NCBI GenBank assembly: GCA_041500865.1
Contig: JBGQMY010000022.1
Location: forward strand, 1-20,840
Length of the DNA stretch: 20,840 bases
Direction of reading: 5' to 3'
From: Candidatus Micrarchaeia archaeon
Lineage (GTDB): Archaea > Micrarchaeota > Micrarchaeia > Anstonellales > J096
Shown: piece after piece, positions 6,706-15,853 of the stretch
How positions within the stretch are numbered: the first letter of the stretch is position 1
Layout: each line of letters starts with the position of its first letter
The notes under the pieces: generated by a model
Database searches by the model: none
What the model was told of the DNA's origin: nothing
The model's input: the letters and a program-made list of their open reading frames with translations, nothing else
Translations under genes and position numbers: made by a program

Positions 6706-7422
6706 ATGGCTTCGCTGATAGAGCTTTCGAATGTTTCCAAGTCATACGACGGGGGCAGCCCATTCCTTGCGTTGAAAGGCGCAAGCTTCAGGGTCAATGA
6801 GGGCGAATTTGTTTCAATCATAGGGCAGAGCGGAAGCGGAAAAAGCACGCTGCTCCACATATCAGGGCTGCTTGACAAGCCCAGCTCCGGCACCGTGTCC
6901 TTTGACGGAAACGTTGTGTCAAAAATGCCTGAAGACGGGCTTGCGATGATACGGAGGGACAACATAGGGTTCGTGTTCCAGGCGTTCAACCTGTCCGCGA
7001 ACATGAGCGTCTCGCGCAACGTGGAGCTGCCGCTAATGATTAAGGGCGTTCCGGCCCCGGAACGCAGGGCAAAGGTGGAGAAGACCCTTGCCATGGTCGG
7101 CATACTGGACAAGAAAGAGCGCATGCCTTCCGAGCTCAGCGGCGGGCAGAAGCAGCGCGTCGCGATAGCCAGGGCGCTTGTCACCAATCCGCGCATATTG
7201 CTTGCGGACGAACCGACGGGAAACCTTGACTCCGTAACAGGGACGGCGGTGCTTAGCTTCATATCGTCCTTGCATAAGGACCTTGGCATAACAGTCATAC
7301 TTGTGACGCACGACCATATGGTGGCGTCCCTTGCAAACCGGACCATACACATAAAGGACGGCATGATAGACAAGGACGTCACCAAGCCGCAGCGCGCAGC
7401 TGTCAATAATAAGGAGGAATGA
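6706..7422 (+). CDS. ABC transporter ATP-binding protein (LolD/MacB/SalX type)
   Basis: Walker A GQSGSGKST, IGFVFQAFNL, signature LSGGQKQRVAIARAL, ILLADEPTGNLDS, VTHD. Confidence 0.95.
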   Translation: MASLIELSNVSKSYDGGSPFLALKGASFRVNEGEFVSIIGQSGSGKSTLLHISGLLDKPSSGTVSFDGNVVSKMPEDGLAMIRRDNIGFVFQAFNLSANMSVSRNVELPLMIKGVPAPERRAKVEKTLAMVGILDKKERMPSELSGGQKQRVAIARALVTNPRILLADEPTGNLDSVTGTAVLSFISSLHKDLGITVILVTHDHMVASLANRTIHIKDGMIDKDVTKPQRAAVNNKEE

Positions 7423-9059
7423 ACAATATGAACAAAATAAAATGGTTTGCCGCATTCGCGGCGGTTTTGCTTGTCGGGCTTGCGGCTGCCGCAACCACGG
7501 CATCAACGAGCACCAGCACATCAACGGATACGGGCGGGGCCACCGTGCAGGTTTCCGGCTATTCAACGATACCGGACACCGTTTACAGCGGCTCGTACGC
7601 CCAGCTGAAGCTGGACATAGGCAACGCCGGGACAGAGACCGCGCAATCCACCACCATCTATTATTCGTACGGGACTGAGGACAATTACATGAGCGTGGGG
7701 GACATAGGCCCGGGCTCGTCCACGATAACGGCGTTGCCTTTCCACATCCCTGACGGGTATGAAGGCGGGGTTATCATCATTTATCTCAGGATATCCTGCC
7801 AGGATTCCTCAGGAATACATACTACATACGCATCCATACCGGTAAGCATATCCGGTAGGAACGACGTATCCGCCAACGTTCTGGACGCAAGCCCATCGGA
7901 AATATATCCAGGTGACTCGCTTTCGGTCAAGCTTTCGCTGAAGGACATAGGCGGGAACGACATAAGCGACGTGGCCATTGAGCCTTATCCTGATTCCGGG
8001 TTTTTCCTTAACGGGACATCCGCGATACAGCTGGGAGAAATGAAAGACGGGGAGGAACGCAACGTGTCGCTTGCGCTCGTGCTTTCATCGCCTTCCTCCT
8101 ATGGAAGGCAGATGGTGCCCATCCTTTTGACGTATGAGGACGCGCTGCACAACAGGGCGAACGAGACGGTTTATGCGGGGCCGATTGGCATAATGAGGTC
8201 CAACACAAAATGGGCCCTTTCGCTTTCTCCGGCAACGCCCGTGGAGATAGGCTCAGGGGCCGTTTTCTCCCTTTCAATCAAGAACAGGGGCGCAGACCCC
8301 GATTCCGCGGTCGTGGACATAGGCAGCGGGAACGAGTTCATGCCGCTCGGCTCGTCAAAGATATACTTTGACAACGTCGGGCCGGGCGAGACCCGCAACA
8401 CGAATGTCACAATCGGCATAAGCCCAAGCGCGGCTGCAGGATACTACGACCTGCCTGTAAGCATCCTTTCGGGAAACGACCAGTCGTGGAACGGGAGCGT
8501 GGGCGTGCTCGTACAGGCGACCCCGGAATTGACGATAAGCAACGGCCAGACGCTGACGCCTGGAAGCGAGGCCAAGGTGTCCATAAAGATAGCCAACACT
8601 GGCAACTCCGCAATACGCAGCGCGTATGTGAGCGTGGAGCCCAAGGCAAACAGCGGCCTTAGGGTCACCGCTTCAGCAACGGAGTTCATAGGCACGCTGA
8701 ACGTGGACGACTCCTACACGGCACAGCCCACGGTTTCTGCGCCTTATGCGACTGGAAGCTATCCTCTTTTGGTGACAGTGACATTCAGGGACAGCATGAA
8801 CCAAGAAAAGATTGTGACAAAGGAGCTTGATATCGTTGTAGGCAGCTCAACAGACGCTTCATCTGCCGGATCAAGCGGCAACATGAACGGCGGCCCAGGC
8901 CAGTTTAGCAGGAATTCCAGCAGCGGCATCCGGGTTTTTGGGATTGACATAATTCCCATAGCTGCGATTGCCGTTGTGCTTGGCCTGGCATACTTTGTCT
9001 GGATTAAGAAATTCAGGCGCAAAAAGGAAGATCCAAAAAAAGAGGAGCAGAGGAAATGA
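7419..9059 (+). CDS. COG1361-type S-layer-domain/CARDB-like surface protein with signal peptide and C-terminal TM anchor
   Basis: Signal peptide, Thr/Ser linker, repeated Ig-like units (L.I.N.G...A; G.YdL.V.I), C-terminal TM plus basic tail; lies between ABC ATPase and permease with ATGA overlaps. Confidence 0.8.
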   Translation: MNNMNKIKWFAAFAAVLLVGLAAAATTASTSTSTSTDTGGATVQVSGYSTIPDTVYSGSYAQLKLDIGNAGTETAQSTTIYYSYGTEDNYMSVGDIGPGSSTITALPFHIPDGYEGGVIIIYLRISCQDSSGIHTTYASIPVSISGRNDVSANVLDASPSEIYPGDSLSVKLSLKDIGGNDISDVAIEPYPDSGFFLNGTSAIQLGEMKDGEERNVSLALVLSSPSSYGRQMVPILLTYEDALHNRANETVYAGPIGIMRSNTKWALSLSPATPVEIGSGAVFSLSIKNRGADPDSAVVDIGSGNEFMPLGSSKIYFDNVGPGETRNTNVTIGISPSAAAGYYDLPVSILSGNDQSWNGSVGVLVQATPELTISNGQTLTPGSEAKVSIKIANTGNSAIRSAYVSVEPKANSGLRVTASATEFIGTLNVDDSYTAQPTVSAPYATGSYPLLVTVTFRDSMNQEKIVTKELDIVVGSSTDASSAGSSGNMNGGPGQFSRNSSSGIRVFGIDIIPIAAIAVVLGLAYFVWIKKFRRKKEDPKKEEQRK

Positions 9060-10306
9060 ACATACAGGACCTTGCGTCGATAGCCGTTGACACGCTGCGC
9101 CACAGGAGCCTGCGCAGCTGGCTTGCCATACTCGGCATCGTGATAGGCGTTGCCGCAGTCGTCACGCTGGTTGCGATAAGCTTCGGCATGAGCGACAGCA
9201 TAAGCAGCAGTCTGAACACGCTTGGCACCAACATAATCTCCATAAGCCCTGGCGGAACATCCACTGAAAGGATCGGCATGATGGCAGGAGGGGGTTTTTC
9301 GGGGGACGGGGGACCCCCGGATTCCGGTTTCCAGACCAGGCAAACAAGCACCATAACATTCACTGAGGCTGATGCTTTGCGCACGGTAGCTGGGGTGAAC
9401 TCGCTTGACGCCCAGGTCTCAGGCCGTGCCGAAGTGGAATATTCAGACATGAAGTCGTCCGTGACTGTTGTGGGGACAGAGCCGCGCGAGTTCCCGAAGA
9501 ATGTGGGCGTCAATTTAAGCGCAGGCAAGTTTCTGGGCACGGGCGACGTGTATACTGCTGTCATCGGCGCCTCAGTCGCAAACCGCACGTTCAAGGGGGC
9601 AGACATGCTAGGCAAGCAGATAAAGATAGGCGGCCTGGCGTTCAGGGTCGTGGGAATCCTGAACTCATCCGGCTCGTCCTCGTTCGGCAGCTCGGACAGC
9701 AGCGTATACATACCGCAGAAGGCCGCGAAGGCCCTGCTTAACCAGACAAAGGACGTGAGCAAGATAGTTGTTATAGTGGCAGACGGATATGGCACTGCGG
9801 CCGTTGCGAAGAGCATGACAGAGGCGCTTGAAGCGCTCCATGGGATAACCGACAGCAGCAAGGACGATTTCACTGTCACCACGGCAGAATCCATGCAGGC
9901 CACGGTTTCCGCGATGACGAGCACGCTTACGCTGTTTTTGGGCGGGATTGCGTCGGTCGCCTTGATTGTCGGCGGGATTGGCACGGCAAACACGATGTTC
10001 ATGAGCGTGCTGGAGCAGACGCGGCAAATCGGCGTCTACAAGTCCCTTGGCATGACCGGCCCGGACGTGCTGATGCTGTTCGTGATTGAGGCGTGCATAA
10101 TCGGCACCGTCGGCGGGGTTTTGGGCGTGTTCTTGAGCTTCATAATCTCATCAATTGTCACGAGCCTCGGCCTTGCGGTTAACATAACGCCCGTGCTTGC
10201 CCTTTTCGGCGTGGCGTTTTCCGCAGTCGTCGGAATAATCTCCGGGGTCATACCTGCGCGGAACGCATCGTCCATACCGCCGGTTGAGGCGCTGAGGTAT
10301 GAATGA
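9056..10306 (+). CDS. ABC transporter permease (MacB/FtsX family)
   Basis: RSWLAILGIVIGVAAVV, large extracellular loop, VGGIG.ANTMFMSVLE.TR.IG..K.LG, PARNAS...PVEALRYE. Confidence 0.95.
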   Translation: MNIQDLASIAVDTLRHRSLRSWLAILGIVIGVAAVVTLVAISFGMSDSISSSLNTLGTNIISISPGGTSTERIGMMAGGGFSGDGGPPDSGFQTRQTSTITFTEADALRTVAGVNSLDAQVSGRAEVEYSDMKSSVTVVGTEPREFPKNVGVNLSAGKFLGTGDVYTAVIGASVANRTFKGADMLGKQIKIGGLAFRVVGILNSSGSSSFGSSDSSVYIPQKAAKALLNQTKDVSKIVVIVADGYGTAAVAKSMTEALEALHGITDSSKDDFTVTTAESMQATVSAMTSTLTLFLGGIASVALIVGGIGTANTMFMSVLEQTRQIGVYKSLGMTGPDVLMLFVIEACIIGTVGGVLGVFLSFIISSIVTSLGLAVNITPVLALFGVAFSAVVGIISGVIPARNASSIPPVEALRYE

Positions 10307-10318
10307 GCGCGGATTTAA

Positions 10319-10511
10319 AATTCAGATATTCTTTTAAACAGTTTTATAAGAGATAATATTGACATGCCGGTTCTTGGGATATTTTTCGCGAAGAACAAGA
10401 ATAAATTCAATATGCAACTGCTCAAAAAGCTGGCAAAAACGTATTATGGGAAAGGAATGGCTGGGCTGGACAAAAAACGAGTTTTACGGCAAGATGGGGG
10501 AATTTGAATGA
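10319..10511 (+). pseudogene. Probable remnant of the upstream partner gene of the nucleotidyltransferase
   Basis: One frame reads DILLNSFIRDNIDMPVLGIFFAKNKNKFNMQLLKKLAKTYY; the +1 frame ends GWTKNEFYGKMGEFE* with an ATGA overlap onto the next start (10508). Reads like a 5'-truncated, frameshifted C-terminus; family match is from memory only. Confidence 0.4.
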
Positions 10512-11260
10512 CAGAAAAATTCACGAAGGGCGATTTGGAAGGCGAATTCGGAAAGATAGGGGGAAGAATACGGGGAAAGGTTGAGGTTTTCCTGCTGGGG
10601 GGCGGCGCCATGTGCTTCCGCAACCAGAAGAACGCAACAAAGGAATTGGATTTGGTGTTCAGGGATGCAAATGGCCTCAATGCCTTCGTAAAGGCGATAG
10701 CCAAGTTAGGCTTTTCCGAGCCAAAAAGGATAGAAACGGAATATGCGGAGATGAAAGCCTCCGGAATCTGGAAAAACAGGGATGGCTTAAGGCTGGATTT
10801 GTTTGTCGGCAAGGTCTGCGGGGTGCTTGAGCTTTCAGAATGGATGGCGTCCCGTTCAGAACTGCTTGGAACCTACGGGAATATGGCAGTGAAGATGGTT
10901 TCAAACGAGGATGTGATCCTTTTCAAAGGCATAACTGAAAGGGCTGACGACGCAGATGACATTGCGGCGATAATCCGCACTTCAAGGATAAAATGGGACG
11001 TTGTGCTTGCGGAATGCGCCGCCCAAAGCGAGGCAAAGGCGTGGTATGTCGCGCTTTACAACAAATTGGTTGAATTGGAGGAGATGCACAAGATAACCGT
11101 TCCGATAGCAAGGAGGCTGAAAAAGCTGGACAGTGCGGCGATACTGAAGGAAGCTTATGCAACCCGCATCAACAGGGGATTAAGCCGCAAGTCTGCAGTT
11201 GAAGAGCTTATTAAAATCGGATTTACGAAAGAAGAGATAGGGAAAGCGATAAAGGAATAG
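10508..11260 (+). CDS. DUF6036/AbiEii-like nucleotidyltransferase
   Basis: VFLLGGGAM...K.ATKELDLV, RLDLF, S.ED..LFK.IT.R..D.DD motifs of the Pol-beta-superfamily nucleotidyltransferases. Confidence 0.8.
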   Translation: MTEKFTKGDLEGEFGKIGGRIRGKVEVFLLGGGAMCFRNQKNATKELDLVFRDANGLNAFVKAIAKLGFSEPKRIETEYAEMKASGIWKNRDGLRLDLFVGKVCGVLELSEWMASRSELLGTYGNMAVKMVSNEDVILFKGITERADDADDIAAIIRTSRIKWDVVLAECAAQSEAKAWYVALYNKLVELEEMHKITVPIARRLKKLDSAAILKEAYATRINRGLSRKSAVEELIKIGFTKEEIGKAIKE

Positions 11261-11299
11261 GCAAGCCCCAATCTCCCCACTTTCTAAATGGGCCACGGC

Positions 11300-11386
11300 T
11301 CACTTCTTCTTTTGGGGAAGCCTCTTTCTCGGCAACCCGAACAGGTCGTACAGCTTGGTTCTTATCTTTATTTCCGGAAGTTTCAT
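11300..11386 (-). CDS. Putative 28-aa basic peptide
   Basis: Manual translation MKLPEIKIRTKLYDLFGLPRKRLPQKKK*; starts 4 nt after the stop of 11391-11693 with SD-like GAGTGA. Confidence 0.4.
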   Translation of the reverse strand: MKLPEIKIRTKLYDLFGLPRKRLPQKKK

Positions 11387-11390
11387 GTCA

Positions 11391-11693
11391 TCACTCTTTT
11401 GTTGTTCCCCTTTCTATCAGCCCTTTCAGGGTCGGGCGCAACAGCAGCCCCTGGACGAATGCGCCTATGAAATTCGTTTCAAACAGGATGCTCAACAAGC
11501 CCCCGATGAAACAGAAGAACAGCACATAATGGATTTTTTCCAGGTAAGGATTTTCTATGTTCTCCGATGTTTCCTCTATCTTCACAAAACCGGATTTTAC
11601 CACGGCAAAATAAGTGAGGGCGCCTATCGCTCCGAGCACGAACCTAAAAACCACTATTGAATTTGCCAGTATATATTGGCTAATGGCATCCAT
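11391..11693 (-). CDS. Small hypothetical membrane protein (about 3 TM)
   Basis: Hydrophobic G-rich helices; AT-rich; TATA-like TTTATAAA about 25 nt upstream on the minus strand. Confidence 0.7.
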   Translation of the reverse strand: MDAISQYILANSIVVFRFVLGAIGALTYFAVVKSGFVKIEETSENIENPYLEKIHYVLFFCFIGGLLSILFETNFIGAFVQGLLLRPTLKGLIERGTTKE

Positions 11694-11806
11694 TGTATCT
11701 TATTTTTCATTCGGGTAGTTTATAAATATTCCTGTTTCTGGAAAAGGACGCGCTCAGGCAAAGGCCCAACGAACCTTTAAAACCCTTATACTTTCTATAA
11801 AGGGGC

Positions 11807-13414
11807 ATGGAGCCAAATCCCCAAGACCCCCCGAGAGACATGAACAAGGATTTCAGGGAGCACTCAGTAGCGGAATTCTTCAAGAAAAACAAGCACATGC
11901 TCGGCTTCTCAGGAAAGACAAGGAGCCTCACCACTATCATTCACGAATACATGACAAACTCGCTTGACGCATGCGACGAGCACGGCATACTCCCGAACAT
12001 CAGGATAGAGGTAACGGAAATGGGGGAAGAACGGTACAGGGTCGTTGTTTCTGACAATGGCCCCGGCATGCCGAAATCCATCATCGGCAAGGCGCTGGGC
12101 AAGATGCTGGCAGGGACAAAATTCCACCGCTACATGCAGCAAAGGGGCCAGCAGGGCATCGGCGCAACAGGATGCACGATGTACGCGCAGATAACGACCG
12201 GAAAAGCCGTCCATGTCCTATCGGCGCATAAGGGCAAGGCCATATCCTGCGACGTTAAAGTGGACTTGAAAACCAACGAACCGATAATAGAGAACATGGC
12301 GGAGCAGGACGCGTCATACAGCGGGCTCACGGTGGAGGCGGAGTTCGGCGAAGTCAAGTTCGACAAGGGCGCATACGGCGTCCTGGAATACGTCAAAAGG
12401 ACCGCGATAGCGAACCCGCATGCGCAGATTGAGCTGATAGCGCCGGGAAACGAGGTTTACAGGTTCGCAAGGTCCGTTGACGCTGCCCCGAAAAGGCCGA
12501 AGGAGGTACAGCCGCATCCGCTTGGCATAAGCACTTACGATTTGCAGGCGATGGCGCACGGCGCAAAGGAAGCGAAGCTTTCGGCGTTCCTTACTGAAAA
12601 TTTCACCAGGTTTTCCGCGCAGAAGGTGCAGGAGCTTAAGGGACTGACTGACATTGACTTCAGCAAGAGCCCAAAGGAACTGTCATGGGAAGAATCAGAG
12701 AAGCTGGTCAATGCCATCCAGAAGCTGAAATGGATAGCCCCTCCATTGGACTCTGTCATACCGATAGGCAAGGAGCAGATAGAAAAGAGCATGAAGAACG
12801 TGCTTGAGCCGGAGTTCGTGAACGTCGTTGAACGGAACATACAGATATATTCGGGCGGCATACCATATGCAGTGGAGGTCGGCATAGCGTTCGGCGGCAA
12901 AATCAACGAGAAAAAGGGCGAGATATACAGGTATGCGAACCGAACCCCGCTCATGTTCGACGCATCAGGATGCGCAATCGTCGAATCGGTAAAGGAGATA
13001 GACTGGAAGAGGTACGGCATTGACATGGAGAACGACCCTGCCGTGATTTTGGTTAACGTGTCAAGCGTGCACATACCCTACGTCGGGGCAGGCAAGCAGG
13101 CCATATCCGACATAGATGAGGTAAAACAAGAGATAAAGAACGCGATAATGGAGTGCGCAAGGGGCATCAAGATGAGCCTCGGAAGGAAGAGAAAGGCCGG
13201 CGACATGGAAAAAAGGAAGACTGCGCTGATGAGATACATCAAAAGGCTCAGCGAGGACCTGGCAAACCTCTCAGAGGAAAGCAGCAAGGCCGAGCTGGAA
13301 AGGAAGCTTACGCATATCATAGAGACGAAATATGCGGCGGATATGGACGAAGAAGAGGAAAAGCCCGCAGAAAAGAGCGGAGGGGAGGAGAATGGCAACG
13401 GAGAAGAGGAGTGA
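11807..13414 (+). CDS. top6B: DNA topoisomerase VI subunit B
   Basis: SVAEFFKKN, GHKL motifs EYMTNSLDAC / SDNGPG / RGQQGIG, NPHA, PHP.G, RYANRTPL. Confidence 0.97.
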   Translation: MEPNPQDPPRDMNKDFREHSVAEFFKKNKHMLGFSGKTRSLTTIIHEYMTNSLDACDEHGILPNIRIEVTEMGEERYRVVVSDNGPGMPKSIIGKALGKMLAGTKFHRYMQQRGQQGIGATGCTMYAQITTGKAVHVLSAHKGKAISCDVKVDLKTNEPIIENMAEQDASYSGLTVEAEFGEVKFDKGAYGVLEYVKRTAIANPHAQIELIAPGNEVYRFARSVDAAPKRPKEVQPHPLGISTYDLQAMAHGAKEAKLSAFLTENFTRFSAQKVQELKGLTDIDFSKSPKELSWEESEKLVNAIQKLKWIAPPLDSVIPIGKEQIEKSMKNVLEPEFVNVVERNIQIYSGGIPYAVEVGIAFGGKINEKKGEIYRYANRTPLMFDASGCAIVESVKEIDWKRYGIDMENDPAVILVNVSSVHIPYVGAGKQAISDIDEVKQEIKNAIMECARGIKMSLGRKRKAGDMEKRKTALMRYIKRLSEDLANLSEESSKAELERKLTHIIETKYAADMDEEEEKPAEKSGGEENGNGEEE

Positions 13415-14519
13415 AAAAAGGAACGAGGACCAAAAGGCCTACGATAACCTCGTAAACCTTGGAAAGGACATGGTCAGCGAGGTCGACAGGGACACCACGC
13501 CTACTTTTGAGACTTCGTTAAGAGGCAAAAGCAACATACTTTTCGACAGCAAAGACGGATACCTGAAACTGGGCGACAAGACTGAAACAAGGAAGTTCAT
13601 GAATTTAGGGCAGGCAAGGACATTCATGCAGACGATAAGCATTGCAAACAAATTGAAGCAGTTTATACGCGAAGGCCTGCACACCAGCATCAGGGGCCTT
13701 TATTACCAGATGAAGTTCAGCTTGGGCGACGACTTAGATGAAAGCCTGTTTGAGGAACAGAGCGAGTCAAACGTGCTTGTTGAGGATTTGGAGGTCGCGA
13801 TAGGCGCGAAAAGGGAGGACTTTCATTTAACGACAGACAGGAAGGGCGTGCTGGCCGGAAACATAAAGCTGATTGACAGGTTCGGCGGCGAGGAGATAAC
13901 GATAGACGGGACGAAGCAGGGAAGGAGCGGCTGGATGATTCCGAGCGACGTGGACAACGGCATGGAAATAGAAAGCGTGAAGGCGGACTACGTGCTTGTA
14001 GTTGAAAAGGACGCGCTCTGGCAAAGGCTCAACGAGGACAGGTTCTGGCAGAAGGAAAAGGCCATACTCATAACGCCAAAAGGCCAGAGCTCAAGGGGAA
14101 CAAGAAGATTGATACGGAAGCTGGCTGACAAGGGACTGCCGGTTTACGTCTTCACGGACTGCGACGCCTGGGGATGGTACATCTACTGGACTTTGAAAAC
14201 AGGCTCGATGAATCTTGCGTATTTGGGAAAGGAGTTCAGCATACCGAATTCACGGTTTATAGGCGTGACGATGAGCGACATTGACCGTTACGAGTTTTTG
14301 CAGAAATTGACAATAAACGCAAAGGAGCTGGACATCAAGAGGGCAAAGGAGATGATGGAGTATCCCTGGATAGCCAAGCATCCTGAGTGGGTAAAGGAGC
14401 TGAAGAAGGTCCTGGACACGAAGAAGAAGATAGAGCAGGACGCTTTGCAGGGGCAAAGATTGACGTTCGTCAGCGAGTACGTCAGGGACAAGATAGAGCA
14501 CAACGAAGTTTTACCGTAG
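13392..14519 (+). CDS. top6A: DNA topoisomerase VI subunit A (Spo11 family)
   Basis: Catalytic RGLYY, F.EQ.ES...VEDLE, Toprim VVEKDA and DCDAWG, K.EQDA; start ATG 13392 after GGAGGAG, 23-nt overlap with top6B. Confidence 0.97.
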   Translation: MATEKRSEKRNEDQKAYDNLVNLGKDMVSEVDRDTTPTFETSLRGKSNILFDSKDGYLKLGDKTETRKFMNLGQARTFMQTISIANKLKQFIREGLHTSIRGLYYQMKFSLGDDLDESLFEEQSESNVLVEDLEVAIGAKREDFHLTTDRKGVLAGNIKLIDRFGGEEITIDGTKQGRSGWMIPSDVDNGMEIESVKADYVLVVEKDALWQRLNEDRFWQKEKAILITPKGQSSRGTRRLIRKLADKGLPVYVFTDCDAWGWYIYWTLKTGSMNLAYLGKEFSIPNSRFIGVTMSDIDRYEFLQKLTINAKELDIKRAKEMMEYPWIAKHPEWVKELKKVLDTKKKIEQDALQGQRLTFVSEYVRDKIEHNEVLP

Positions 14520-14539
14520 ATTCAGCTCCTGCGGCGCTA

Positions 14540-14562
14540 TTTTTAATTCCTTTGGCGCACAA
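14540..14562 (+). promoter_or_regulatory. Conserved TATA-like + TTTGGCGCACAA element, copy 2
   Basis: TTTTTAA-TTCC-TTTGGCGCACAA-TGAATCT-ATG(14570). Confidence 0.7.
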
Positions 14563-14569
14563 TGAATCT

Positions 14570-15346
14570 ATGCAGAAAAATCGGCTCCAAAGAAATATGC
14601 GGGCAAAGGAACAAGCTCAAATCAAAGTTGGCATTATCCCAAGCGGTAAGCTGGCAGCATTGCCAGCAAGTAAACAAAAACAATTCAATGATATGCTTAT
14701 CCATGCAGCCTTCAATGGCGACAATGACGAAATAAGGCGGCTCATCAAGGCAGGCGCAAACATAATGGCAACAGATGAGTGCGGAGAGACAGCCCTGCAT
14801 AACGCTGCATGTATGGGATATATAGAAACCTGCGCCATGATTATATCTGAATACGCAAATTCGGTCGGAGACGTAAAGAAACTGATTGCCGCAAAGAATC
14901 ATAAAGAAGATGAAAACGATGAAGAAGAAGAGGATGGAGGCAATACTGCCCTGCATATAGCTGCATATAACGGATACGTTAAGGTATGCAGACTGCTCAT
15001 AGATGAATACGCAAAAGCAGGGGGAAACGTAAAGAAACTGATTGCCAAAACGAATGATGGATTTTCAACAGCCCTTCACGATGCCGCAACCAACGTCAAC
15101 AGACCCAACAGCGAATCTAAAATTTGCGCTTTGCTGATTGAGAAGTATGCAGAAGCAGGCGGCGAGGTAAGAAAGCTCATTGCCATAAAGGATGTATGGG
15201 GAAGGACAGCCCAGCAAAGAGCTGATGGAAATGAATGCATTAAAACGGCTAAGTTCCTAAAATCAATAAAAAAATTAATAAGAATAATGGAAAAGGAGGC
15301 ATTGGGTTCATTTATGAAGTCTTTCACCGAGTGTGTTGCCGCCTAA
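14570..15346 (+). CDS. Ankyrin-repeat protein (258 aa)
   Basis: LIHAAFNG...LIKAGANI, GETALHNAA.MG, GNTALHIAAYNG, STALHDAA, GRTA; start set at 14570 by the upstream element and to avoid overlapping top6A. Confidence 0.9.
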   Translation: MQKNRLQRNMRAKEQAQIKVGIIPSGKLAALPASKQKQFNDMLIHAAFNGDNDEIRRLIKAGANIMATDECGETALHNAACMGYIETCAMIISEYANSVGDVKKLIAAKNHKEDENDEEEEDGGNTALHIAAYNGYVKVCRLLIDEYAKAGGNVKKLIAKTNDGFSTALHDAATNVNRPNSESKICALLIEKYAEAGGEVRKLIAIKDVWGRTAQQRADGNECIKTAKFLKSIKKLIRIMEKEALGSFMKSFTECVAA

Positions 15347-15347
15347 C

Positions 15348-15845
15348 TTATAGACCAACGCATTCCGAGAAGCTGGGCAGGAAATATTTGAATTGTTCCC
15401 TGCCAGTCAGCCACGACAGGAGCCCTGCATAAAAAAGGAAATCCGCTGTTTTTTGGCATTCTCCTGAACGTCTGCCATAGCCCATTCCTGATTTGGCAAA
15501 TCTTAGCGCAGAGTTACCGGAGTCACTTTTTTCATCCAGGTTTGCGCCGTTTGCAAGCAGGAATACGCATACATCGGTGCGCCCGTAAAATGCGGCCATC
15601 ATAAGCGGCGTTATGCCAACAAAGGCATTTATGTTGACATTGGCGCCGGCTGAGACAAGCTCTTTTATGCGTTCCCAATCTCCAGATTGGGGATCGTTGT
15701 TGAACTTAGACTTTATCATGCCGGCAAGCTCTTGATTAAGCCTGATCTCTGATACCGCGCGTTCCGGGCTAAGCTTTTTCAGCAATAGGATTGATTTTTT
15801 TGCAATGCTCTTGGCCCTTTCGCGGAACGTCCTGCGCTCTGCCAT
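15348..15845 (-). CDS. Ankyrin-repeat protein (165 aa)
   Basis: LVSAGANVN, GITPLMMAAFYGRTDVCVFLLANGANLD, GNSALRFA; convergent with the previous gene, stops 1 nt apart. Confidence 0.9.
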   Translation of the reverse strand: MAERRTFRERAKSIAKKSILLLKKLSPERAVSEIRLNQELAGMIKSKFNNDPQSGDWERIKELVSAGANVNINAFVGITPLMMAAFYGRTDVCVFLLANGANLDEKSDSGNSALRFAKSGMGYGRRSGECQKTADFLFYAGLLSWLTGREQFKYFLPSFSECVGL

Positions 15846-15853
15846 GCCTCCTT

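Noticed and set aside
10364..10510. 47-codon ORF in frame with the nucleotidyltransferase, separated by a single TGA (possible readthrough or recoding)
   Set aside because: TGA is a normal stop in rps13, rps4, rps11 and top6B; the NTase looks complete from 10508; a decayed upstream gene explains the region better.
10304..11757. TGAGCGCG / CGCGCTCA inverted pair flanking the NTase region
   Set aside because: 8 bp only, with no transposase or target duplication.
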